Of a DNA stretch of 32,000 nucleotides, positions 6,997 to 15,960 are shown one piece after another. Position 1 is the first letter of the stretch, and every line of letters starts with the position of its first letter. The position numbers and the translations under genes are program-made. The DNA lies in the NCBI GenBank assembly GCA_964510585.1, contig CAZECW010000062.1, positions 30,001 through 62,000 of the forward strand, read 5' to 3'. Origin of the DNA: an uncultured archaeon (GTDB taxonomy: Archaea; Asgardarchaeota; Jordiarchaeia; Jordiarchaeales; Jordiarchaeaceae). Under the pieces are notes generated by a model that did no database searches, was not told the DNA's origin, and saw only the letters and a program-made list of their open reading frames with translations.

Positions 6997-9992
6997 ACCT
7001 TTCCACCTTCCTTAAGTTTTTGTTTAACTGGAAGTGTTATCGTGATGGTTGTGCCTTTTCCAAACAAACTCTCCAAGAGAATAGAGCCTCCATGAGCTTC
7101 CACCAAGCGTTTACAGATTGGTAAGCCCATCCCAAGCCCCCTTGCCTTTGTAGTGAAGAGTGGACTCCAAATTTTGTCCAAAAGCTCAGGAGGCACTCCC
7201 CTACCGGTGTCCGCAAAAATTATTTTCAAGTTCTCACCCACCAGTCTAACCTCTATTTTGAGCACTCCACCCTCTGGCATAGCATCAACAGAGTTTTTAA
7301 TAAGGTTCACAAACACCCTCTCCATTTTCTCAACATCAACCATAACTAATGGATCATCAATAATCACTTTTAACACTTGAACATTAGGTGGTACATCGAC
7401 CAAACTTAAAGCCTCATCTACAACTTTTTCAATACTGGTCTCAGCGAGATTCAGTTGAACCTCTCTTGAGTACTCCAGAAGGTCCTCCACTATTTTATTA
7501 GAGTATTGTATGTCCTTCTCAATTAGCTTAAACATTTCAGCTGTTTTCTCATCCATAACTGACGCCAGCTTCTTTTTCAGGTAATAAACGGCGCCAGCAA
7601 TGCCCGTTAAAGGGTTGCGAAGGTCATGCCCCACCATCATTGCCACCTCACCTATAGTTGCCAGTCTCTCCGATTTAAGAAGAGCCTCCTCCATCAGTTT
7701 GCGTTCTGTTATATCTTTTATTACTGCCACAAAACCTATGGGGTTACCCAAAGCATCCCTCAAAACACTTGCAGACAATTCCGCCGGAAATTCGCGTCCA
7801 TCCCTAGTCAAAAGAGTATACTCAAGATTAACTACGGAACCTTGCTCCAAAGTTTTTACCATGTTAAGTTTGGCCCTATCCCTATCTTTTTCCGCAAAAT
7901 ACTTGAAGGCATTTTGACCAATAGCCTCCTCCTTAGATGAGAAACCATGAATTTTCAAGGCTGCCTGATTGCATTCAATCACATTTCCATTCAAGTCAGT
8001 AACAGCAATAGCATCCGGAGATGAGGCCAGAATGGCTCTAAGTTTCTCCTCGCTCTCCCTTAACTCCCTAGTTCTTTCTTCTACCATTTCCTCCAAGCGC
8101 TCCGCATATTCCCTCAACTTCTTCTCCAATCTTTTACGTTCAGCTATGTTTCTTATGAAGACTAAATCTGCAGGTCTCCCCTCAAAATTAATGCGCGCCG
8201 CATTTATCTCCACTGGTAGGCGTTTACCTTCTTTATTTAGGATTTCAAGCTCATATATTTGTGGTGCTTCTCTCCCCTCTAATCGATCATTGTATCTTTT
8301 GAGGACAAGTTCCCGGTAATCAGGAGCGATGAAATCTAAAAAATAAGCGCCTTTGATTTCCTCAGGTTTGTATCCCACAAGGTCTATGGAAGCAGTGTTG
8401 ATGAATTTTAGTACGCCATCCTGTATTATTATTATACCATCCTTTGAGTTCTCAACTAGAGCAGAATATTTAGCCTCCGATTCCCTCAGCGCCTCCTCCG
8501 CACGCTTACGTTCAGTAATGTCTCTTGACACTCCAATTATAGCTATAGGCTTCCCATGCGCATCGAAAATTAATGACATATTGGTTTCTGCTGGGAATAC
8601 AGTGCCATCCCTTTTAATTATTTTATACTCAATGTTGTGGGCACTACCCGTTTCAAGAAGTTGTTGCATAATCTCTGTTTCTGCGCGTCGTCGGTCTTCA
8701 GGAGCTATAAATTCAAAGCCACTTTTCCCAATAATTTCCTCCTCCGTTTCGTATCCCAGTGTCTTTAAACCCTGCCTGTTAACCATAAGTATTTTCCCAT
8801 CTAGATCGGTGAGCGTGATTGGATCGGGCGAGGTCTCAATCAAACTACGGTACTTTCCCTCGCTTTCCCGTAGAGCCTCCTCTGCACGCCTACGCTCGGT
8901 GATTTCCAATGTGATCTCAACAACACCTATGAGGTTTCCCTTTTCATCTTTAACCGGATAACCTCGTATAAACCACACCCTACCATCAGGAGTAGTCATT
9001 TCTCCCTCTTCTGGTTTGCCCGTTTCTAAGGCTTTTACCACTGGGCAGTCCACACAGGGTTCGCTGCGCTTCTGCCAAACCTCATAGCAAAAGTGTCCCA
9101 CAAGTTGGTCTGGTGTTAAAGAAACGGATTGGCCCGCGGCCCTGTTTGTCCATATAATCCTACAATCTTTATCTTGATAAACAACATGCTCAGATATGCT
9201 CTCCAAGATTAGTGCTTTTTCCCGCTCAGCCCTTTTTAAAGCCTCCTCTGCACGCCTACGCTCGGTGATTTCCAATGTGTTCTCAACAGCACCTATGAGG
9301 TTCCCCTTTTCGTCTTTAACAGGATAACCTCGAATGAGAAAAACTCTCCCATCTGGAGTAGTCTTTTCTCCCTCTTGTGGTTGACCCGTTTCTAAAGCTT
9401 TTTCCACTGGGCAGTCTACGCAGGGTTCGCTGCGCTGCTGCCAAACCTCATAGCAATGGCGTCCCACTAGTTGTTCTGCTGTCAAAGAAATAGATTTGCC
9501 TGCAGTTCTATTTGTCCAGATAATCCTATGATCTTTATCTTGATAAATAACATCTTCGGCTATACTATCTAAGATTAGTGCTTTTTCCCGCTCAGCCCTT
9601 TTTAAAGCCTCCTCCATTCGTTTACGCTCAGTTATGTCTATGATGATTCCCCTTAAGCCCACACGCTTATTTTCCCTAATTATGGGGTTGACGTGTATTA
9701 TGACTGGGAAGGTGCTCCCATCCTTTCTCCGAGCTGTATACTCAATACCTCCCAGATTTTCTCCCTCAAGTACCCTTTGGATATTTTTCGCAGCTCTGTC
9801 CAAATCTTCGGGAATTAACATTTGGAAAACATTTAAACCTCTATCAAAATCTTCCCGCGTGTAACCAAACGCTTCAAAGGCGTAGCGGTTAGCAAATGTA
9901 ATGTTGCCCTTATCGTCCGTTTCACAGACAATTTGAGGTAAAGAATCAACAAATTCACGGTATCTCTCCTCGCCCAAAAGAGAATTCTCCAT
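6993..9992 (-). CDS. Cytoplasmic multi-PAS (six PAS/PAC) sensor histidine kinase
   Basis: Six PAS modules, most ending in DITERK/EITERR linkers. H-box VGHDLRNPL, N-box NLIKNSVDAM, G1 DTGRGV, G2 GLGMGL. ATG 9992 follows GAGGGTGG; the ORF extends to 10058. Confidence 0.96.
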   Translation of the reverse strand: MENSLLGEERYREFVDSLPQIVCETDDKGNITFANRYAFEAFGYTREDFDRGLNVFQMLIPEDLDRAAKNIQRVLEGENLGGIEYTARRKDGSTFPVIIHVNPIIRENKRVGLRGIIIDITERKRMEEALKRAEREKALILDSIAEDVIYQDKDHRIIWTNRTAGKSISLTAEQLVGRHCYEVWQQRSEPCVDCPVEKALETGQPQEGEKTTPDGRVFLIRGYPVKDEKGNLIGAVENTLEITERRRAEEALKRAEREKALILESISEHVVYQDKDCRIIWTNRAAGQSVSLTPDQLVGHFCYEVWQKRSEPCVDCPVVKALETGKPEEGEMTTPDGRVWFIRGYPVKDEKGNLIGVVEITLEITERRRAEEALRESEGKYRSLIETSPDPITLTDLDGKILMVNRQGLKTLGYETEEEIIGKSGFEFIAPEDRRRAETEIMQQLLETGSAHNIEYKIIKRDGTVFPAETNMSLIFDAHGKPIAIIGVSRDITERKRAEEALRESEAKYSALVENSKDGIIIIQDGVLKFINTASIDLVGYKPEEIKGAYFLDFIAPDYRELVLKRYNDRLEGREAPQIYELEILNKEGKRLPVEINAARINFEGRPADLVFIRNIAERKRLEKKLREYAERLEEMVEERTRELRESEEKLRAILASSPDAIAVTDLNGNVIECNQAALKIHGFSSKEEAIGQNAFKYFAEKDRDRAKLNMVKTLEQGSVVNLEYTLLTRDGREFPAELSASVLRDALGNPIGFVAVIKDITERKLMEEALLKSERLATIGEVAMMVGHDLRNPLTGIAGAVYYLKKKLASVMDEKTAEMFKLIEKDIQYSNKIVEDLLEYSREVQLNLAETSIEKVVDEALSLVDVPPNVQVLKVIIDDPLVMVDVEKMERVFVNLIKNSVDAMPEGGVLKIEVRLVGENLKIIFADTGRGVPPELLDKIWSPLFTTKARGLGMGLPICKRLVEAHGGSILLESLFGKGTTITITLPVKQKLKEGGKV
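8875..9614. repeat. Intragenic tandem duplication of a 366-bp (122-codon) PAS module
   Basis: Identical blocks at 366-bp offset: 8874-8913 = 9240-9279 (40 bp) and 9205-9248 = 9571-9614 (44 bp). Confidence 0.92.
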
Positions 9993-10247
9993 TCTCCCAC
10001 CCTCAATTATTTCACGCTGTAGTTGCCCATTAGCGCATGATAGTTTGGCAGGATCCATGTCCCACTACTTCCTCCAACTTTCTTTTTACACTCCCTATAA
10101 CTCTTTTTTGATGCACTTAAAATGGGGAATTCTAAAGATTCTTTGCAACACCTTTTGCTCAGAACCATAATCAAACTAACACCCATTGGAACCTTTTTGA
10201 TGCATCCCTCATTATGAATAAACTCTTCTTCCACAACTACAAAGCCG

Positions 10248-10610
10248 CTATTTTTGCTTGCCTTTTCCAATGGAGCCACCGCTCCTCAACTCTTTTACGT
10301 AGTCTAGAAAGTCATAGCCTTCCTTCTCCTCGTATTTTAACCCGAGCGATGAATACAAGTTCTTCAAAACCTGTCCCTCGATAAGAGGAGATGCGAAACC
10401 GAAGATTTTCTTTAACGCTTCAACCAAACCCTTAACTCTCTCAAGACCCTCTTCGACCTTTGGGGAGTAGCTTTTAGCCGCGTATTGAGAAATAATATTT
10501 GCAGACTCTTCACCCAGAATCCTTTTCAATTTGCCAATAATTGTGCTCAGAACTAACTCGTCAATGCTTTTCCCGGTCGAGTATTCCGAACTGTCCTTAT
10601 CGGAAGCCAT
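10248..10610 (-). CDS. Small DUF3227 / NitrOD5-like protein
   Basis: Pattern LKRILGEESA...LVEALKKIFGFASPLIEGQVLKNLYSSLGL..EEKEGYDFLDYV, recognised from memory of the family. Lies upstream of the kinase. The ORF extends to 10625. Confidence 0.6.
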   Translation of the reverse strand: MASDKDSSEYSTGKSIDELVLSTIIGKLKRILGEESANIISQYAAKSYSPKVEEGLERVKGLVEALKKIFGFASPLIEGQVLKNLYSSLGLKYEEKEGYDFLDYVKELRSGGSIGKGKQK

Positions 10611-10754
10611 CACGCTTCCATCCAAACAAATTTACTTTAATATTATACAGGTTTTCAAATAAGACTTTCCAATCAACCCTCCACACGACAATATTTGATA
10701 AAAATTATATAATGTGGATTGAGAAACCAGAGAAATTGTCGAGTGGTTGAATCT

Positions 10755-11870
10755 TTATAAGCGGACATCTTTGAGGAGGGTTATGATATTGTTTCTTCCC
10801 CGAGGCTCTCTCTTAATGAAGCCCTTCTTTTCCAGTATGGAAAGTGTAACGCTCACCTTGGCTTTACTGTAATTCGTAGCCTTCTGAATCTCCTTCTGTG
10901 TAACACGCTTATTTTCAGAGGAAGCAATAACTCGAAGAATCTCAATCTCAGCCTCGTTCAGCAAGGTCAGAGAAGTATCAGTCACCGTTTCAACCAATTT
11001 TGCCCTATGATAAAGATAGAAAGCAAACATTCCAACACCGAACCCCGCCAAAAAAATAGCAACAAGAAATAAAGGACTAAGACCAGAGGATGCAGCGTAA
11101 AAGATGGGAAAATAAAGTATTTGCGACCCAGAAGTTACATCTGATGGTTGGTATCGTACCACGAAAAGCTCAGTATAGCCCTCAGCCAACACTAGATTCC
11201 ACTGAAAAATGAGAGAGGAACCATCTGTAAAGTTTAAACTATCTAGGGGATAAAGTGGATCCACACCTGAATACAAAAACCTCTCCGGCGGAAGCTTCAC
11301 CCGGAAGACTATGTTAAGCATATTAGCATCCGCTCTGAGAACATAGGAGAACTGGGAATAACTGCTGGTTAGTGTAATAACTTGGGAGGTATCAAAATCC
11401 ACAGTAAAATTATACAAATCATTAGGCTCAAGATTGGATACATTTAGACGAATGACGGTTTTGGTGGACAAAGTATCAACTATTGTATCATAAAGCGGCC
11501 CTGTTTTATTTTCCAGTTTGAGGTTTAAGATATTTGTTAAACTGAATGACACATTTAGCTCATCTATAGATGTGGTTCCCGTATTGTTTGCGGAAAAAAG
11601 GCATGAGAAATGGGCAGTATCATTACCATAAAGAATAACATTAAACTCCGCATCAACATACTCAAATGAAGAAGGAGATTTAGAAACCAGTAAAGGAGAA
11701 CTATAGTAACCATCATAAAGAGAAGAAACGCATAGATAACCACTGGAAAATCGCCCACAGGGAATAACCACGAACCAAACAAAAAGCACCACAAAAACCA
11801 AAATTAAAAGGAACAACCTGTTAATATGAGGATTCAGCCCCACCGAATTTTTTAAGAGACACTGGCACAC
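10755..11870 (-). CDS. Membrane-anchored transcriptional regulator-like protein (extracellular domain, TM helix, C-terminal wHTH; COG2512-like)
   Basis: N-terminal hydrophobic segment, sequon-rich beta domain, TM helix LFLVAIFLAGFGVGMFAFYLY, then wHTH EAEIEILRVI...VTQKEIQKATNYSKAKVSVTLSILEKKGFIKREPRGRNNII. Start uncertain. Confidence 0.8.
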   Translation of the reverse strand: MCQCLLKNSVGLNPHINRLFLLILVFVVLFVWFVVIPCGRFSSGYLCVSSLYDGYYSSPLLVSKSPSSFEYVDAEFNVILYGNDTAHFSCLFSANNTGTTSIDELNVSFSLTNILNLKLENKTGPLYDTIVDTLSTKTVIRLNVSNLEPNDLYNFTVDFDTSQVITLTSSYSQFSYVLRADANMLNIVFRVKLPPERFLYSGVDPLYPLDSLNFTDGSSLIFQWNLVLAEGYTELFVVRYQPSDVTSGSQILYFPIFYAASSGLSPLFLVAIFLAGFGVGMFAFYLYHRAKLVETVTDTSLTLLNEAEIEILRVIASSENKRVTQKEIQKATNYSKAKVSVTLSILEKKGFIKREPRGRNNIITLLKDVRL

Positions 11871-12279
11871 ATCAAAACACCGTTGAACACACTTACTATT
11901 AATCTATATTTCAACCTCCAGAGTACTATAAGTTTTACCAATAAGGCACAAAATAAATCACCAAAATTTTGAACCAAACTTCATAAAGCATAACAAAAAT
12001 AAAATAAACTTCCAAATTTACACAATTGACCTATGATAACATACGGTGATTCCTCCCTGTTTCGTTAACTCCCGCCATCATCCCAAAGGCGCTTTTTGAT
12101 GCTTCTCAACCTTGAGAGGCGTGATGTATCCTTTGCGAACGACATATTGAATAATAGTCTCCCCGCCAAAAAACATCAAAGAAGCAGCGAATGAGAATAC
12201 AGGAACCAGAGAATAACAAAAAGGTTTATTGCGTTTTCAGATAAATCTAGAAAAATTTTTGATGCCCATAAACAATGAA

Positions 12280-13419
12280 TTAAACTCTTTTTCTTTTAAG
12301 ATAGTAAAAGATGACAATTATTAGAGCGCCGACTGAAACTGACAAAATAGTAAGAGGGAATAAACCCACTGAGGATGTATAATGGTGCAAAACCAGAAAC
12401 AGTGGCGGGACAAGTCCTTGAAAATTGTCAGAGGGCGGATTATGCATCGAGAATGAAGGATCCAAAAGGATGGTGTCGTTAAAATAGGGCACTGACAAAT
12501 AGAGGTTAAAGGCTGTCCCATTAGTTCGGAGGGAGGAACTCAGAGGTTTAAGAGATTCTTGCCCTGTTATGGCCAAATTAAACCAACGTATCTCACCATG
12601 AGTAACATTATTAAGCGCTACAAGCGAAATTAAGCTTTCATTTTTATTACCGGGTACTGAAGGTACGGGGCAGGTGTCAAGCATAGGGTTAGAGCTGTCA
12701 ATTTTGCTTCCATTGGCAAGCTGGAACAAATGTTTCTCATTTCCAGGCATCGCCTCACTCCTAAGAGTTATACCCAAAGCCAGCATTCTGTTATCATAGT
12801 CCCAATATCCCTCTTCAGGTGCCCACCTATAGTTAACAATCGAAATGAGGGTTTTAATCGTGTAGTCTCCAAGCACTGTGAAATTAATTTCGGGGTAAAG
12901 CCCACTAATTGCCACAGTTTTTGTTATAAAGTAAAGATGTTGCCAAAAAATGATAACCATAGGCGGCGTGAATTTCAAGTTTATTCCAATCTGACGTAGG
13001 ATTACTTCATCAGAATTTGAGGTGAAGTAGTATGACCAGTTGAATTCTTCTAAATCTGTAGTATTGATTAGGGTGTCGCTCAAGTCAAATATGCCATTTT
13101 GGTTGGTGTCGTTAAATTCAATTAACTCGTTGTAGTAAACTCCAAATTGAATGCGTTTTGCGTTATCTTGTCTGAAGGAGAAAATTCCGGACGGCAGGAA
13201 GCTCCCATTATCTGTCGGCAGCAGGCTTAAGATGACTTTGTTTGAGAATAGTGCTCCCTGGCTCTGGTTGAACCACGATGAGGTGTTGGTTTGCGAATCA
13301 TCATATTTCCAAGTGCTGAAAGTTGCCATAGTAGCTGCAGAGAATAAAGGGACAACTACAATAAGGAAGAGTATAATCAGTGTAAAGAATATTGTGAATA
13401 GTTTTGAGCGGCAGATCAT
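12280..13419 (-). CDS. Single-pass cell-surface glycoprotein of unknown function
   Basis: Signal/TM segment at the N-terminus, 12 N-x-S/T sequons counted, Ca-loop-like DTNQNGIFD, C-terminal TM helix and basic tail KRKRV. Confidence 0.82.
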   Translation of the reverse strand: MICRSKLFTIFFTLIILFLIVVVPLFSAATMATFSTWKYDDSQTNTSSWFNQSQGALFSNKVILSLLPTDNGSFLPSGIFSFRQDNAKRIQFGVYYNELIEFNDTNQNGIFDLSDTLINTTDLEEFNWSYYFTSNSDEVILRQIGINLKFTPPMVIIFWQHLYFITKTVAISGLYPEINFTVLGDYTIKTLISIVNYRWAPEEGYWDYDNRMLALGITLRSEAMPGNEKHLFQLANGSKIDSSNPMLDTCPVPSVPGNKNESLISLVALNNVTHGEIRWFNLAITGQESLKPLSSSLRTNGTAFNLYLSVPYFNDTILLDPSFSMHNPPSDNFQGLVPPLFLVLHHYTSSVGLFPLTILSVSVGALIIVIFYYLKRKRV

Positions 13420-13787
13420 TTTTAATCCATAATTATGAATGCAACTTATTATTTAAAAATTCTTTATGAACAATTTAAATTACAATAAAAATAAAATCTA
13501 TAAAAACTAGAAAATGGAAAAGCAACAATAAAAATTTCCAAAACAGTTTATAGAAACAGAAAAACGGTTAGAATCAAAATAAAAATCTAAAAATGCCTGT
13601 TTTCCAAAAGGTATAAACGATGTAAAAGACCAATATTTAAAAAAATGTCCACTTCGTTAAGAATCTTCAGCTCCACAATGTTGTAAAGAAAACTCATTCT
13701 CATTCTTGTTTAAAATCAGAGGAAGGTGTTCATTTTTCCAAATTTTGGTGGCAGTTTAGAGCGTTCTAAAGACTGATGAAAAATATT

Positions 13788-13795
13788 TTTATATA
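13788..13795 (+). promoter_or_regulatory. TATA box of the wtp operon
   Basis: TTTATATA with purine-rich GAAAAA just upstream (BRE-like), about 105 nt before wtpA. Confidence 0.6.
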
Positions 13796-13807
13796 AGGTT
13801 GCCCTAC

Positions 13808-13831
13808 CGATATGTATCAATTTACATATCG
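13808..13831. promoter_or_regulatory. ModE-type operator (24-bp palindrome)
   Basis: CGATATGTA-N6-TACATATCG, perfect 9-bp arms. Fits the ModE consensus CGnTATATA-N6-TATATAnCG and lies directly upstream of a Mo/W transporter. Confidence 0.75.
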
Positions 13832-13899
13832 TTTCACGGGAAAAGACATTACTCCCCATAAAAAGTTTCTTCGCACAAGCGAAAAGAAACACCAGAAAG

Positions 13900-15000
13900 T
13901 TGGTGGTAAAAACGAGCAGCGACTTAAAGCTATCTCGAGGAGCCGGCATAAGGGTATTAACCCTAATTTTAATCGCCTGCATAGTGCTCGGAGGCACCAC
14001 ACTATACTATGGGTGGTACATCCCACAGAGGGAACAGCAGCAACAAAATGTTTTGAGCTTGTTCGGCTTACCCACCGGCACCCTTAACGTTCTCTGTGCG
14101 GGAAGCCTTTCCAGAGTTTTAACTTCTGCGGCCCAAAGTTTTGAGGCCAGGCACCCCGGAGTTGAGATTTTTGTTTCAGCTCACGGGTCCCTTGAATGCG
14201 CTAATCTTTTGAAACAGGGAATTCAGTGCGACCTAATATTTGTTTCCGACTTCAACGTGATTAAAAAAGATTTGTACCTTTATCCCATACCTTGGAACCC
14301 CTTAGTGAACTATGCCGATTGGTGGGTGGATTTTGCGGGAAACCAAATCGTAATCGCCTACAATCCCACCACTTCCGTCGGGAGAATGATTAATGAAACC
14401 AACTGGTACACGATTCTAGTCGCTGGTCAGGGGCGTTGGGCTAGGGCTAATCCCGATGCGGATCCCTGCGGCTATAGAACACTAATTACTCTAAATATAA
14501 GCGATACCTTTTATCCAGATAATCCGGACGTGTACCCTAATTATCCTCCTGGTGGCGTGTTAAACTATGTGCTGAATCCTAACTGTCCAAACATGGTGGT
14601 GGCGGCTAAGGAGTATGATATTATGGGTCCTCTACAGGCGGGGCAATATGATGCGGGCTTCACTTATCTTTCCCTTGCCTTGCAGTTTGGGTTGCCCTAC
14701 ATTGAGCTTCCAGAGAACGTTAGTTTGGGAGGCGCATTGCCGGAGTATGATGTGTGGTATTCTCAATGGTCAATATCTACACCGGCAAAGACCTACTGGG
14801 GTTCAGCTATCAAGTACGCGGCAACGATTCCTAACACTGCTAAGAACCGCTTCTGGGCCATTGAGTTTCTGAAATTCTTGTTGTCCTCCGAGGGACAAGC
14901 TATACTGATTGCTGGGGGGCAACCTGTGATTAATCCACCAATAGCGGAGGGTAATTTGGACAAGGTTCCAAGTCAAATATTAAGCCTATGTAAATATTAG
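13900..15000 (+). CDS. wtpA: Tungstate/molybdate ABC transporter substrate-binding protein (WtpA-type)
   Basis: N-terminal TM anchor, AGSL and GS motifs, NPDADPCGYRTL and IKYAATIP motifs typical of WtpA. Confidence 0.88.
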   Translation: MVVKTSSDLKLSRGAGIRVLTLILIACIVLGGTTLYYGWYIPQREQQQQNVLSLFGLPTGTLNVLCAGSLSRVLTSAAQSFEARHPGVEIFVSAHGSLECANLLKQGIQCDLIFVSDFNVIKKDLYLYPIPWNPLVNYADWWVDFAGNQIVIAYNPTTSVGRMINETNWYTILVAGQGRWARANPDADPCGYRTLITLNISDTFYPDNPDVYPNYPPGGVLNYVLNPNCPNMVVAAKEYDIMGPLQAGQYDAGFTYLSLALQFGLPYIELPENVSLGGALPEYDVWYSQWSISTPAKTYWGSAIKYAATIPNTAKNRFWAIEFLKFLLSSEGQAILIAGGQPVINPPIAEGNLDKVPSQILSLCKY

Positions 15001-15055
15001 GAGGAATCAAACCTTCGAAAAAAGGGGGTTTAAGGAAAATTTGAGGGTGAGGTTA

Positions 15056-15952
15056 ATGGCTTGGTGGAGCAGGATTAGTATTTATACGGTTCTTCTCTTC
15101 TTTATTGGGTTTACCTTTTTTATATTTTTCTTCCTGTCGCCACTTGGGGCTCTTGTGTATTCTACGATTAATCCTTTATATGCAGACCCCGGGCTCCTCC
15201 AAAGGGTTTACAACATTTATTTGAGTTTGGGGCCTGTAGATGCCTTTAAGGAGCTTTGGGGTGTGGTTGGAAATCCGATTATTAGGTCGCTGCAGAGTGA
15301 CATCATCACTAGCGCGATTCGGGTGAGTTTAATTACCACATCTGTTTCTAGTGTGATATGTATCTGTTTCGGTATGCCTTTGGCTTATATTTTGTCGAGG
15401 TATGATTTTTGGGGCAAGAAAATCATTGACACCGCAGTAGATTTGCCCATGGTTCTACCCCCAACAGTTGCCGGAATAAGCTTGATACTGTTTTTGGGAC
15501 CCAATACTCCACTGGGTACCTTTTTGAGCAATAATGGCATTGACATAATTTTTACTTGGAGGGCCATCATATTGGCGCAAATTTTTGTTTCAGCGCCCTT
15601 CTTTATAAGAACTGTTTCCACAGCTTTTTCTGGGGTGCCCAGAAACCTTGAGCTTGCAGCCACAAACCTTGGAGCATCGCCTATCCGAACTTTTTACACG
15701 GTTACCCTACCTCTTTCAGCTAAGGGAGTCTTTGCTGGTTGGGCTATGATGTGGGCTCGGGCTATGGGAGAGTTTGGAGCGACAATAATGGTTTCCAACA
15801 ACGTACCGGGACAGAGTTATACTCTTACAACTGCTATATACTGGGAGTTTTGGTCCGGTGGACTATTTCAAAGCATTTCAGCCGCGGTTATTTTGCTAAT
15901 TGTGGCATTCTCGGTTCTGATTTTAGTCCGCATACTCATGGGTAGGAAGTGA
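15056..15952 (+). CDS. wtpB: Tungstate/molybdate ABC transporter permease
   Basis: DLPMVLPPTVAG, EAA loop LELAATNLGAS, WARAMGEFGAT. ATG 15056 follows GAGGGTGA; the ORF extends to 15041. Confidence 0.9.
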   Translation: MAWWSRISIYTVLLFFIGFTFFIFFFLSPLGALVYSTINPLYADPGLLQRVYNIYLSLGPVDAFKELWGVVGNPIIRSLQSDIITSAIRVSLITTSVSSVICICFGMPLAYILSRYDFWGKKIIDTAVDLPMVLPPTVAGISLILFLGPNTPLGTFLSNNGIDIIFTWRAIILAQIFVSAPFFIRTVSTAFSGVPRNLELAATNLGASPIRTFYTVTLPLSAKGVFAGWAMMWARAMGEFGATIMVSNNVPGQSYTLTTAIYWEFWSGGLFQSISAAVILLIVAFSVLILVRILMGRK

Positions 15953-15960
15953 ACCGGTAA

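Noticed and set aside
10007-10279. 90-aa Cys-containing ORF between the DUF3227-like gene and the kinase
   Set aside because: Overlaps the upstream gene by 32 nt and has no recognisable motif or ribosome-binding site; cannot be supported without homology data.
13832-13899. Moco/Tuco riboswitch upstream of wtpA
   Set aside because: The leader is too short and shows only one hairpin, not the multi-stem Moco motif.
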